Below, piece after piece: positions 10,332 to 20,221 of a stretch of 64,000 nucleotides of DNA. Each line of letters opens with the position of its first letter. Position 1 is the stretch's first letter. Made by a program: the position numbers and the translations under genes. The notes under the pieces were generated by a model. That model was not told where the DNA came from. It was given only the letters and a program-made list of their open reading frames with translations, and ran no database searches. The stretch comes from SAR202 cluster bacterium (GTDB lineage: Bacteria > Chloroflexota > Dehalococcoidia > Lucifugimonadales > VXLM01), in the NCBI GenBank assembly GCA_022448725.1, contig JAKUTR010000006.1, forward strand, positions 14,195 to 78,194, given 5' to 3'.

Positions 10332-13166
10332 GTGCTCCCGTTTACACGTAAGATACCTCCGGGCGCGTATAATCCACGAATGCCGCCTGACGTAAAGCCG
10401 ATATCACGAGCAAAGCCGCTTCTAATGCTGATGGATGGGCACGCTCTGATTCATCGTGCTTTCCACGGGATTCAGACTCCGCTTAGTATCAGTACCACTG
10501 GTGAGGACGTCCGAGGTGTTTACGGTTTTCTCAACACGTTACTCCGTAATTTGGCAGATTTGAATCCAACCCACTGTGCGGTTGCATTCGATCTCTCGGC
10601 TCCGACGTTTAGACATACACGGTTTAAGGAATACAAGGCGCAGCGTCCTCCTACCCCACCCGAGTTACGTCCCCAGTTTGATCGAGTAAGGCAACTCGTC
10701 CACGCATTTTCAATACCAATCTTTGAATGTGAGGGTTTCGAGGCAGATGATGTGATTGGCACACTTTGCCAGCAGGCTGAAGAAGACGGTATTGACGTCA
10801 TCATTCTTACTGGTGACACGGATACTCTGCAATTAGTGTCCTCGCGGGTCCGGGTGTCTATGGCTCGTAGTGCGAGAGATACGAAAATTTATGATATCGC
10901 TGCAGTAAAAGAGCGGTTTGGAGGTATAGGGCCTGAACTTGTCGCAGATATAAAGGCACTGCAAGGAGATGCTTCCGACAACATTCCAGGGGTACCAGGC
11001 GTTGGTGCAAAGACAGCTGTAAACCTAGTGAAAGCATTTGGAGATGTCGAAGGGATCATAAAAAACGTTGATGAGGTCACTCCGCCCAGAGCAAAAAAGA
11101 ACATTAGTGAGGGAGTAGAAAATCTTCGAGAGAGCAAAATACTCACGACGATTTCACGAGAAGCTCCTGTCAAGCTGGATCTAGTAGAAGCTAAGTTTTG
11201 GGAATATGACCGTGCTGCAGTGATCGATGTGATGCGGGAACTTGAGTTTAACAGTGCAGTTAGCCGTATCCCTGACCCACGCACTGAATCTGGAGATACT
11301 CAGCAGGCGGTGCGTACAGAGACCAAGGACCTAGTAGAGGCTGACTACCAGATAGTCGATAGAGAAGTCGATCTTATTGCCATGGTCAGTAAACTCTCAG
11401 ACGTTGGAAGCTTTTCTTTTGATATACAGACTACGGCTAAGAACCCAATGTTTGGTGATCTCGTCGGGATTGGTTTGTCAAACGAGCCTCACCGAGGTTG
11501 GTATATCCCGATTGGTCATGTCGAGGGAACTCAACTGGCAAAATCAACCGTTCTCAGTACCCTAAGGCCACTGTTCGAGAGTACTGAAACTCTCAAGTTG
11601 ACTCACAATGGTAACCACCAGATGACGGTACTGCTTAACCACGATATTAACGTTCAAAACATTGGTTTCGACACTATGGTTGGTGCCTCAGTGGTTGGAA
11701 GGAAATCACTTAGTCTAGATGCGCTTGCACTGGATATATTAAGTGTAGAGATGGAAGGGATTAGTGAACTTGTTGGGACAGGACGGAAACGAGTACCTAT
11801 GTCTGAGGCACCCATAGCCGAAATGGCCGGTTACTGCGTAGCAAAGGCAGATGTGATTAACCAACTGTGGTCGTTACTTAGCCAAGAGATCAATGAGAAG
11901 CAAGGTGCCAAGGCGTTTCGCGATATTGAGATTCCGCTGATACCAGTTCTTGCACGGATGCAGTTCAATGGCATTACCGTTGATGTAGAACCGCTTGAGA
12001 GTATGTCGGCTGAACTTGGGGAACAGATGGTAAGGATGGAATTAAAGGTACATGAAGTGGTTGGTCATGAGTTTAATCTTAACTCTTCACAGCAACTCAG
12101 CGACGTTCTATTTAATGAGCTTCGTTTGCCTCCAACAAAGAGGACTTTGAAGGGTTACTCAACTGATGCGTCATCCCTACAAGGTATGAAAGAGATGATG
12201 GATGCAGGGCGTATTGAAAACATTGAACCTGGGGCCTATGAAGTTCTTGACCATGTGCTAAATTACCGCAGAATTTCCAAGATAAAGTCTACCTACACAG
12301 ATGCTTTACCAGCCCTTGTGAACCCCAATACAGGTCGTATACATACCATCTACAACCAAACGGGTTCAGCCACGGGGAGATTGTCTAGTAATGATCCGAA
12401 CATCCAGAACATCCCGGTACGGACCGAACTTGGCAATAGAGTACGCAAGGCGTTTGTCGCGCATGACCCAGACTGGCAACTTTTCTCTGCAGATTACTCT
12501 CAACTCGAGGTGCGCCTCCTCGCTCATATCTCCCACGATGCGGGCGTGCTCGAGGCTTTTCATACAGGACAGGACATCCACGACGCAACGGCTTCTGCGG
12601 TGTACGCTGTACCAATCAATAGTGTAGATCCTGAGATGCGTCGTGTTGCTAAGATTATGAACTTTGGAGTGGTGTACGGTCTTAGTGCCTTCGGTATTAG
12701 CCAGCAGACGGGATTCACTGCCCAAGAAGGGAAGGAATTCATAGATGCTTATATGGGTAAGTACCCTGGTATTCAGAAATATATCGATGACATAACCACC
12801 CAAGCTAAGAAGGATGGATTCGTTGAGACATTGAATGGCCGGCGGCGTTATGTCCCTGAAATCAATGCACGTAACTATCAAGTCCGGGCAGCGAGTGAGA
12901 GAATTGTTATAAATACACCAATCCAGGGGACGGCTGCTGATATCTTCAAGATAGCGATGCATAGGGTCCAACAAAAGATGGATCAAATGAATCTGCAATC
13001 AATGATGATAGTACAGGTTCACGATGAATTGATCTTTGAGGTACCTGATGAGGAGATTGAGGATATGCAGGCGGTTGTGTTGGAAGCGATGCCGAAAGCG
13101 ATGAAACTCCTTGTCCCTCTAGAAATCGCATTGAAATCTGGGCCGACATGGGGAGATATGGGATAG
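10332..13166 (+). CDS. polA: DNA polymerase I
   Basis: 5'-nuclease N-terminus (LMLMDGHALIHRAFH, LTGDTDTLQL, GVPGVGAKTA). Pol domain motifs DYSQLEVRLLAH (motif A), RRVAKIMNFGVVYG (motif B), QVHDELIFE (motif C). The true start is probably the ATG at 10380 (MPPDVKP...). Confidence 0.95.
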   Translation: MLPFTRKIPPGAYNPRMPPDVKPISRAKPLLMLMDGHALIHRAFHGIQTPLSISTTGEDVRGVYGFLNTLLRNLADLNPTHCAVAFDLSAPTFRHTRFKEYKAQRPPTPPELRPQFDRVRQLVHAFSIPIFECEGFEADDVIGTLCQQAEEDGIDVIILTGDTDTLQLVSSRVRVSMARSARDTKIYDIAAVKERFGGIGPELVADIKALQGDASDNIPGVPGVGAKTAVNLVKAFGDVEGIIKNVDEVTPPRAKKNISEGVENLRESKILTTISREAPVKLDLVEAKFWEYDRAAVIDVMRELEFNSAVSRIPDPRTESGDTQQAVRTETKDLVEADYQIVDREVDLIAMVSKLSDVGSFSFDIQTTAKNPMFGDLVGIGLSNEPHRGWYIPIGHVEGTQLAKSTVLSTLRPLFESTETLKLTHNGNHQMTVLLNHDINVQNIGFDTMVGASVVGRKSLSLDALALDILSVEMEGISELVGTGRKRVPMSEAPIAEMAGYCVAKADVINQLWSLLSQEINEKQGAKAFRDIEIPLIPVLARMQFNGITVDVEPLESMSAELGEQMVRMELKVHEVVGHEFNLNSSQQLSDVLFNELRLPPTKRTLKGYSTDASSLQGMKEMMDAGRIENIEPGAYEVLDHVLNYRRISKIKSTYTDALPALVNPNTGRIHTIYNQTGSATGRLSSNDPNIQNIPVRTELGNRVRKAFVAHDPDWQLFSADYSQLEVRLLAHISHDAGVLEAFHTGQDIHDATASAVYAVPINSVDPEMRRVAKIMNFGVVYGLSAFGISQQTGFTAQEGKEFIDAYMGKYPGIQKYIDDITTQAKKDGFVETLNGRRRYVPEINARNYQVRAASERIVINTPIQGTAADIFKIAMHRVQQKMDQMNLQSMMIVQVHDELIFEVPDEEIEDMQAVVLEAMPKAMKLLVPLEIALKSGPTWGDMG

Positions 13167-13321
13167 TCTCTCATGCGCGTATCCGTTGACACGTAAACTG
13201 CTCCTCAACTACCATTGAGTGGTCCCTCCCGCCCGTTATCTACTCCCTAGTCCCTTTTGGGTGAGTGTTATGAGGGTCTTAGACGTACGAGCCATCAGAG
13301 CTGGATGTTAGGAGGATATGC

Positions 13322-14137
13322 TTGGTTGAACTCAAAGACTCAGCAACGGTTCTGGACGCGATTGGCATATATGCGGGGGCCCTAAAGACCAAGGAGGTAC
13401 AAGCGGATCTCCAGAAGCAGCTCATGCGATTTGGCCAATGGTGTGGCCCAGAGCGGAAACTGAGCGACCTGGAACCCTCTGAGATTGGTCTGTACGCAGA
13501 GCACTCGAACGGTACAGGTAATGGCATCCAAACGGCTGAACGACTTCAAGAGGTAAAAAAATTCTTAGCTTTTGCCAAAAAGAAAGGGATGATTGAGCAA
13601 AATCTCGCACAGCATCTAAGAATTAGGAAGCCTCGGACGCGAACGTCCGCGAAATCCAGTGGAGATCGTAAGAGAGACGTTATAGAGATGACTGCTGAAG
13701 GGCACGCAGAATTGCTGCAAGAAGTAGAGCGACTTCGGGCAGAGCGTGGCCCGATTACAGAAGAGATTCATAAGGCGGCAGCTACGAAAGACGTTAGAGA
13801 GAATGCTCCCCTTGAAGCAGCTCGTGAACAACTTGGACAGGTTGAATCGCGAATCAGAGAAATTGACGCCACATTGAACTTGGCGGTCATAGTAGACCCT
13901 TCTCAACGTAGAGGGCAGTCGATTCAATTGGGATCCCAGGTAGTACTGAAGGATGGGAGCTCCTCTCGTGAAACTAGGTACACGGTCGTGAGTGCGTCAG
14001 AAGCGAAGCCCTTGGATGGTAAGATTTCCGACGTGTCTCCTGTCGGGAATGCGCTCATGGGGAGGCGAGCAGGCCAGCAAATATCCGTCGATACCCCACA
14101 GGGTAAAATCCAGTACAAAATAGTTCGTGTCAAGTAG
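13322..14137 (+). CDS. GreA-family transcript cleavage factor with about 115-aa N-terminal extension
   Basis: Residues about 120-271 align by eye with E. coli GreA: coiled coil with KDVRENAPLEAAREQLGQVESRI against [23 protein letters not shown], and C-terminal domain SDVSPVGNALMGRRAGQQISVDTPQG. TTG start 7 nt after AGGAGG. Confidence 0.8.
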   Translation: MVELKDSATVLDAIGIYAGALKTKEVQADLQKQLMRFGQWCGPERKLSDLEPSEIGLYAEHSNGTGNGIQTAERLQEVKKFLAFAKKKGMIEQNLAQHLRIRKPRTRTSAKSSGDRKRDVIEMTAEGHAELLQEVERLRAERGPITEEIHKAAATKDVRENAPLEAAREQLGQVESRIREIDATLNLAVIVDPSQRRGQSIQLGSQVVLKDGSSSRETRYTVVSASEAKPLDGKISDVSPVGNALMGRRAGQQISVDTPQGKIQYKIVRVK

Positions 14138-14161
14138 ACACTAAGACATAAGGATTCATTG

Positions 14162-14192
14162 AAGGGTCTGCATTAGTAGCAGGCCCTTTTCA
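14162..14192 (+). terminator. Candidate rho-independent terminator after the GreA-like gene
   Basis: AAGGGTCTGC (14162-14171), 7-nt loop, GCAGGCCCTT (14179-14188). 10-bp stem with one G-U pair, followed by TTCATT. Confidence 0.45.
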
Positions 14193-14216
14193 TTATGTGA
14201 GGGGATTCTCGTTTCG

Positions 14217-17099
14217 ATGACAGCAATCGTGGATGTAGACACTCATGAGTTAGTTGAAGAACTGCGCCGTAACGTGATTGGCGAGGTGCGTTTCGATAAG
14301 GTAACCCGTCTTCTCTACAGTACCGATGCGAGTATTTATCAGGTTGAACCGATAGGTGTTGTTCTTCCGAAAACTGCTGAAGATGTGATTGCGGTTGTTG
14401 AAATAGCAAACCGCCACAGCGTTCCGGTACTCCCCCGAGGTGGTGGTACAAGTTTGGCTGGCCAAACGGTTGGTCAGGCAATTGTCATAGATTTTTCAAA
14501 ACATATGCGGGATGTAATAGACATAAATCCTGAGGAAGGCTGGGCCCGTGTACAGCCAGGGATCATTCTCGATGAATTGAATGCACGCCTAAGACCGAGT
14601 GGGTACCAATTTGCTCCAGATCCAAGTACGAGTAATAGGAGTAATGTCGGTGGAGCTCTTGGTAACAACTCATGTGGGTCTCACTCCATAGTGTGGGGCA
14701 AGACTGTTGACAATGTCCAAAGTATGGAGGTTGTCCTATCGAATGGTGATGTTGCTACTTTTGGACCCCTTACAGAGACAGGCCTAGAGGCTAAATCACG
14801 GCAAGATAATTTTGAGGGGGAAATCTACCGTGGTCTTCTCAACATAGGCGAGGCTAATCGGGACGAAATTATGTCTCGCTACCCTAAAATCCAGCGACGA
14901 GTTTCTGGCTATAACTTGGATGAATTTGTTGGGGATCAGCTTTTTGATATGGCTCGTTTTGCTGTTGGTTCCGAGGGGACTCTGTTGACGATCACTGAAG
15001 CTGATCTTCGAATTGTACCCGTCGCCAAGCATAAGGGTATTGCGGTGCTACATTTTTCCGAGCTTATAGAGTCAATGGAGGCGACGGTTGCTATTCTCGG
15101 TCTTCAGCCCGCTGCTGTTGAGCACATAGGTAGCATGATCCTAAACCAAGCGCGTTCAAACCTTGCTTACTCACGCCAAATGGACTTCATAGATGGTAAT
15201 CCCGATTCGTTGCTAGTCGTGGAGTTCACAGGGGAATCCGCTACAGAAGTGGATTCTAAACTTGAAGAGTGCCGTAGGCTAGTTGAGCAAGCTAGACTTG
15301 GCTATTCCGTTAAGAAACTTGTTACTCCGGATGATCAAGCAAAGCCATGGGCAGTTCGTAAAGCTGGATTGGGACTTATGATGAACGTTCCTGGTGACGC
15401 AAAGCCCCTTCCATTCGTTGAGGATACGGCGGTAGCTCCTGAAAAATTGCCAGAATTCGTACGACGTTTTGATGAAATAGTCCGATCTCATGGTACTGAG
15501 GCGGGATACTATGGGCACGCGAGTGTTGGCTGCCTTCATATCCGGCCGTTGATCAACCTAAAACTTCAGACTGACATTGAAAAAATGGTCACGATAGGTG
15601 AAGAAATAAGTGATCTTGTTCTGGAGTTTAAAGGGTCAATGAGTGGAGAGCATGGCGACGGGTTGGTTCGGAGTGTTTGGCACGAGAAAATGTTTGGTCC
15701 AGTGCTATACGAAGCCTTTCGCCAGGTGAAGAAGACATTTGATCCTAAGAATATTATGAATCCGGGCAAGATTGTCGAGTCACCACCAATAACCGAAAAT
15801 CTTCGAATTAATTCATCCTATACCCCAGTGGAGATTGAAACAGGATTCAGTTTTTCACGGGAAGGAGGGTTTACCCAAGCACTAGAGATGTGTAATGGGC
15901 AAGGAGCGTGCCGTAAGCTTGATGGGACGATGTGTCCATCGTATATGGTGACTCGTGACGAGGAACACACTACTAGAGCTAGGGCAAACGTTTTAAGGTC
16001 TGCAATATCAGGGGCCTTACCCATTGATTCACTAGCCTCGAGCCGTCTTAACGAGGTGTTTGATCTTTGTCTAGAGTGCAAGGGTTGTAAAGCAGAGTGC
16101 CCCTCAAATGTAGATGTTGCGAAGCTCAAATACGAATTCTCATACCGTCACCGCCAATCAAATGGGTACTCGCTTAGAGATCATATGTTGGCGAACGCTA
16201 GCATCCTTGGGAAAATAGGGTCTTTCTTTGCCCCTTTGTCAAACTGGACACTACGGCATTCTGCGGTGAAGGGTTTGTTGCGAGATCATGTTGGCATCGA
16301 CGCACGGAGAGACATGCCTGCGTATGCGAGCCAGACCTTCTCACAATGGAACCGAGCTCGTGGGCAGACCCCTGATAGAGGTCGTGGCACGGTAGTACTG
16401 TTCCCTGACACTTTCATGAACTATAACAAGCCGTATATGGGCAAGGCGGCAGTGAAGGTTATCGAACATCTAGGCTATAACGTTATCGTCCCGAATCCAA
16501 TTTGTTGTGGGCGACCGATGCTTTCCAAGGGTATGTTGGACAAAGCGAAGGATAACGCACGAAAAAATGTTGCTGCTGTACTACCTTACGTCGAAGCTGG
16601 AGCTAAGTTAGTTGGTATAGAGCCGAGTTGTATCCTGAGTTTTCGTGATGATTACGTTGACCTGCTAGACGATGACGCTTCAGCGTTGGTTTCTAAGAAT
16701 ACCATGCTAATCGAGGAGTTCGTCATTCATGCTACTGATGATGACGGAGCTGAATTGAAATTTCGTAATTCCCCCGGCCAAATATTGTTCCATGGTCATT
16801 GTCACCAAAAGGCGCTCGTCGGTACGAGTAAGGCGATGCGTCTACTTAAATTGATACCAGGGTGTGAGCCAACAGAGATACAGTCTGGCTGCTGCGGGAT
16901 GGCGGGTTCGTTCGGTTTCGAAGTGGAACACTATGACCTTTCAATGAAGATTGGTGAGCACAGTCTCTTTAAGCCAATTCGATCACAGCAAGGGGAGTTC
17001 ACTGTGGTTACTGAGGGGGAGTCTTGCCGCCACCAGATACTAGATGGCACAGGAGTGAAGGCAAAACACCTAGTTGAGGTGCTAGCAGACGCGCTTTAA
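14217..17099 (+). CDS. FAD-binding oxidase fused to a (Fe-S)/CCG-domain module (GlcD-GlcF / D-lactate or D-2-hydroxyacid dehydrogenase type)
   Basis: 960 aa. N-terminal FAD-PCMH region (VLPRGGGTSLAGQ) and GEHGDGLVRS. The central part has one 4-Cys ferredoxin-type motif, CLECKGCKAECP. There are two C-terminal CCG motifs, PICCGRP and SGCCGMAG. Confidence 0.9.
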   Translation: MTAIVDVDTHELVEELRRNVIGEVRFDKVTRLLYSTDASIYQVEPIGVVLPKTAEDVIAVVEIANRHSVPVLPRGGGTSLAGQTVGQAIVIDFSKHMRDVIDINPEEGWARVQPGIILDELNARLRPSGYQFAPDPSTSNRSNVGGALGNNSCGSHSIVWGKTVDNVQSMEVVLSNGDVATFGPLTETGLEAKSRQDNFEGEIYRGLLNIGEANRDEIMSRYPKIQRRVSGYNLDEFVGDQLFDMARFAVGSEGTLLTITEADLRIVPVAKHKGIAVLHFSELIESMEATVAILGLQPAAVEHIGSMILNQARSNLAYSRQMDFIDGNPDSLLVVEFTGESATEVDSKLEECRRLVEQARLGYSVKKLVTPDDQAKPWAVRKAGLGLMMNVPGDAKPLPFVEDTAVAPEKLPEFVRRFDEIVRSHGTEAGYYGHASVGCLHIRPLINLKLQTDIEKMVTIGEEISDLVLEFKGSMSGEHGDGLVRSVWHEKMFGPVLYEAFRQVKKTFDPKNIMNPGKIVESPPITENLRINSSYTPVEIETGFSFSREGGFTQALEMCNGQGACRKLDGTMCPSYMVTRDEEHTTRARANVLRSAISGALPIDSLASSRLNEVFDLCLECKGCKAECPSNVDVAKLKYEFSYRHRQSNGYSLRDHMLANASILGKIGSFFAPLSNWTLRHSAVKGLLRDHVGIDARRDMPAYASQTFSQWNRARGQTPDRGRGTVVLFPDTFMNYNKPYMGKAAVKVIEHLGYNVIVPNPICCGRPMLSKGMLDKAKDNARKNVAAVLPYVEAGAKLVGIEPSCILSFRDDYVDLLDDDASALVSKNTMLIEEFVIHATDDDGAELKFRNSPGQILFHGHCHQKALVGTSKAMRLLKLIPGCEPTEIQSGCCGMAGSFGFEVEHYDLSMKIGEHSLFKPIRSQQGEFTVVTEGESCRHQILDGTGVKAKHLVEVLADAL

Positions 17100-17102
17100 C
17101 TA

Positions 17103-18320
17103 TTATTGGTTGAGGTAGATACAATCACTCCTCCAAGATCCAAGAGTTATCGTCAAGTTCTTGGGTTGTCCGTTGCGTACGATAGCAAGGGAGATTGGAT
17201 CGCCGGGTTCGTAATCGTTCAAAACTAGCACTAGGTCAGACATCGTAAAAACGGGATTCCCATCAATGCCATTGATGATGTCCCCTCTCCCTGTGATGAG
17301 ATTTGTAGTAAGCGATACAGGGTCCCCGCGTAGACCTCCAAGGGATGCAGGGCTGCGACTGCACACACCCCGAACGTAAATTCCTGCTTCTGTAGCGATT
17401 CTTGATCTATTTAGGAGAATGTCCTCGATGTCGTCCCCCGCGAACCCAATCCAAGGTCGTTGATACACCACTGGCACTTTCAGTTCGTCAAGTAAGCTGA
17501 TAACCGTGTCACTGGGTATAGCGAATCCGACTCCGATCTGCATCCCACTTTGGACCTGTACCGAGGAGTTAACTCCGATGACCTCCCCGGATGAATTGAG
17601 GAGAGGCCCACCAGAGTTGCCCGGGTTCAGTGCTGCGTCCGTTTGTACCATATTGGGGATTGGTCTTGAGCCCCCGCGTTGACCGGGGTTACTCGGACGA
17701 CTCCTCCCAATGCCACTGACAACGCCTACACTTATCGAATTTAAGTTGAAGAATGGACTGCCTATAGCGATAGCGAGCTGGCCGACTGTCACAGATTTTG
17801 ATTCGGCCAAGGGTAAACTCGTCAAATTGTCTACGGAGCTGGGATCAATTTTGATGAGCGCAAGGTCGTCCTGAGGGCTTGAACCCAGCGTTTGTGCAAG
17901 GATTACTTGGCCATCGTACAGGCGAACATTGATTGTTGTGGCTCCATCAACAACGTGATTATTAGTGATGATGTGACCTTCGTTGTCCACGAAGAAACCA
18001 GATCCTGAACCTTCAGCAACACGTCTCCCAGATTGAACGATCGTCCGTATTTCTACGACGGCACGACTAGCATTTTCAAAAATCTGTTGTACTTGGTTCT
18101 CATCGTAGAGTGACGGTAATTCCTCTACATTATCTGAGTAATACCCAAAAGCGAACCAACCAATTAAAAAGCCGGCTAACAGTGCAACACCGATACTGAG
18201 AGGGATTATTGGCGCATCGATCTTGACAGGTCTTACAGGAGTAGACTCATGAGTATTTTGATCGACTTGGTTGTTAGGTTCAGTGTCGGCAGATGGATCT
18301 CTATCGTGACGTCTATACAT
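17103..18320 (-). CDS. HtrA/DegP-family serine protease with N-terminal membrane anchor and C-terminal PDZ
   Basis: Catalytic triad contexts TNNHVV, DDLALIKI, GNSGGPLL. One TM segment near the N-terminus. PDZ-like C-terminal region. Confidence 0.9.
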   Translation of the reverse strand: MYRRHDRDPSADTEPNNQVDQNTHESTPVRPVKIDAPIIPLSIGVALLAGFLIGWFAFGYYSDNVEELPSLYDENQVQQIFENASRAVVEIRTIVQSGRRVAEGSGSGFFVDNEGHIITNNHVVDGATTINVRLYDGQVILAQTLGSSPQDDLALIKIDPSSVDNLTSLPLAESKSVTVGQLAIAIGSPFFNLNSISVGVVSGIGRSRPSNPGQRGGSRPIPNMVQTDAALNPGNSGGPLLNSSGEVIGVNSSVQVQSGMQIGVGFAIPSDTVISLLDELKVPVVYQRPWIGFAGDDIEDILLNRSRIATEAGIYVRGVCSRSPASLGGLRGDPVSLTTNLITGRGDIINGIDGNPVFTMSDLVLVLNDYEPGDPISLAIVRNGQPKNLTITLGSWRSDCIYLNQ

Positions 18321-18438
18321 GTTCTCTAAAGGATACCTTGGAGTAGTAACTATGCTTATTGAATGAAAGAAGCTTAACCGTTGTGTCGTATTTGAGTTTC
18401 TTTACCCACGATAATTTGCTTTTTGTTCGTTTTGGGGG

Positions 18439-18467
18439 TTGACAGACTCAATTTAGCGCAATACCAT
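18439..18467 (+). promoter_or_regulatory. Candidate promoter for the HU gene
   Basis: TTGACA (18439-18444), 17-nt spacer, TACCAT (18462-18467). Leaves an approximately 110-nt leader before the ATG at 18587. Confidence 0.35.
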
Positions 18468-18586
18468 CCGGTCCGTAGCTAGCCAAGATGCCACAGCGTC
18501 ATAGATGCGGAGCCAGGTATAGGCTCTGCACGAGCTCTATGGCGAGGCCGAGGCAAGTGTAACACCTACGGAGGAGGGCTCGTTAA

Positions 18587-18877
18587 ATGGGAGACCTAAG
18601 GAAAAGCGATATAGCTGGATGTGTAGCGGATAAGCTTGGCGGTTCCAAGGCTGAGGGAGAGCGTGCCCTTAATGCTGTCTTGGAGAGTGTTCATGAGGCA
18701 CTCGCTAATGGAGACAAGGTGGTACTGACAGGATTTGGATCCTTTTCTATCCGGGAAGTGAAGGCGCGGAAGGTTAAGCCTATCCGTGGAGGCCAAGCTG
18801 GGCAATTAATAACGGTTCCAGCCCATAAGCGAGTAGGTTTTACTGCTGGCGCGGATCTCAACAAGGCAGCTCAGTAG
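18587..18877 (+). CDS. hup: HU/IHF-family nucleoid-associated DNA-binding protein
   Basis: 96 aa. Pattern VVLTGFGSFSIREVKARKVKPIRGG...VPAHKRVGFTAG is typical of the HU arm region. GGAGGAGGG Shine-Dalgarno upstream. Confidence 0.92.
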   Translation: MGDLRKSDIAGCVADKLGGSKAEGERALNAVLESVHEALANGDKVVLTGFGSFSIREVKARKVKPIRGGQAGQLITVPAHKRVGFTAGADLNKAAQ

Positions 18878-18900
18878 CCGGGTTACTAAGGTATTTGTAC

Positions 18901-18934
18901 GACAAAGGGCAGGCCTCGAGGCCTGCCCTTTGTC
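18901..18934 (+). terminator. Rho-independent terminator after the HU gene
   Basis: Perfect 15-bp stem GACAAAGGGCAGGCC / GGCCTGCCCTTTGTC with loop TCGA, followed by a T-rich stretch (GTTGTATATTT). Confidence 0.85.
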
Positions 18935-18988
18935 GTTGTATATTTAAGATGAGAATGCTACCGAACTCTCCCGTATAATAAAGGTAGC

Positions 18989-20215
18989 TTGGAATCTATT
19001 GATAAGTTAGACGGGATGACGCAAGACACACTTCCCGACAGCATGGGGCGTTTCGGACCTTTCGGAGGCAAATTTGTCCCCGAGACATTGATGCATGCCC
19101 TTGACGAGCTCGAGGAAGCATATAGAACAGCTAAAGCAGACGAATCATTTCAGGTTGAACTTGACCGACTGTTACGTTTGTACGTGGGACGTCCCACACC
19201 GGTGTACCACGCAGAGAACCTTACTCGAGAACTAGGTGGCGCACAGGTTTATCTGAAACGTGAAGACTTAGCTCATACAGGTGCTCACAAGATTAATAGT
19301 GCACTTGGACAAGGTTTGCTGACTGCTCGCATGGGGAAGAAACGCATTATTGCAGAGACCGGCGCAGGCCAGCACGGGGTCGCCACTGCTACTGTATGCG
19401 CGATGCTGAACCAGGAAGCGATTGTGTATATGGGTGAAGAGGATATAAAGCGGCAGTCACTGAATGTTTTTCGCATGAAACTATTAGGGGCTGAGGTACG
19501 TCCTGTAACCTCAGGAAGTAAAACTCTAAAAGATGCTATCAATGAGTGTATCCGTGATTGGGTTACCAACGTTGATACAACTCACTACTTGATTGGTAGC
19601 GTTGTAGGACCTCACCCGTATCCCGAGATGGTGAGAGACTTTCAATCGATCATCGGACGGGAGAGTAGAGGACAGTTGGGGTCTGGGGGTGGCAAGCATC
19701 CGGATTATGCAATTGCGTGTGTTGGAGGCGGTAGCAACGCGATGGGCCTTTTTTCTGATTTCGTGCCTGATGAGTCAGTTCGGCTAGTAGGAGTGGAAGC
19801 TGGTGGTAATGGGATTGAGACTGGTAAACATGCCTCCACCCTAGTTGCTGGTGAAGTAGGGGTACTTCATGGTACTAAGTCCTATTTGCTTCAGGATAAT
19901 GATGGTCAGATTATGGAAGCGCATAGTGTGTCTGCTGGGCTTGACTACCCTGGTGTCGGGCCTGAACATAGTTATCTCAAAGATACTGAACGAGCAGAGT
20001 ACGTAAGTATCACAGATGAAGAAGCGATCGAAGGGTTTCAATTGCTATGTCGGACGGAGGGTATTATTCCCGCTTTGGAGCCTTCGCATGCGATCGCATA
20101 TGTTTCGAAACTCGCTCCGACTTTGCCGCGGGATGCTGTAATTCTGGTTGGGTTAAGTGGTCGGGGTGACAAAGATATAAATACGGTAGCTGAAGTCCTA
20201 AACGTGACCATATAG
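18989..20215 (+). CDS. trpB: Tryptophan synthase beta chain
   Basis: [19 protein letters not shown]-lysine motif [33 protein letters not shown]. No trpA adjacent. Start uncertain: TTG at 18989 or ATG at 19016. Confidence 0.95.
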   Translation: MESIDKLDGMTQDTLPDSMGRFGPFGGKFVPETLMHALDELEEAYRTAKADESFQVELDRLLRLYVGRPTPVYHAENLTRELGGAQVYLKREDLAHTGAHKINSALGQGLLTARMGKKRIIAETGAGQHGVATATVCAMLNQEAIVYMGEEDIKRQSLNVFRMKLLGAEVRPVTSGSKTLKDAINECIRDWVTNVDTTHYLIGSVVGPHPYPEMVRDFQSIIGRESRGQLGSGGGKHPDYAIACVGGGSNAMGLFSDFVPDESVRLVGVEAGGNGIETGKHASTLVAGEVGVLHGTKSYLLQDNDGQIMEAHSVSAGLDYPGVGPEHSYLKDTERAEYVSITDEEAIEGFQLLCRTEGIIPALEPSHAIAYVSKLAPTLPRDAVILVGLSGRGDKDINTVAEVLNVTI

Positions 20216-20221
20216 TAGTTC

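Noticed and set aside
12366-12998. Long antisense ORFs inside well-supported genes. This one is 210 aa inside polA. Others are 7067..7621 in metK, 52510..53136 in hyuA, 36828..37316 in the FtsX permease, and 5030..5401 and 5654..5917 in ahcY.
   Set aside because: They are typical shadow ORFs opposite strongly conserved genes. Their translations are Ser/Arg/Pro-rich with no motifs, and the sense-strand genes have unambiguous family signatures.
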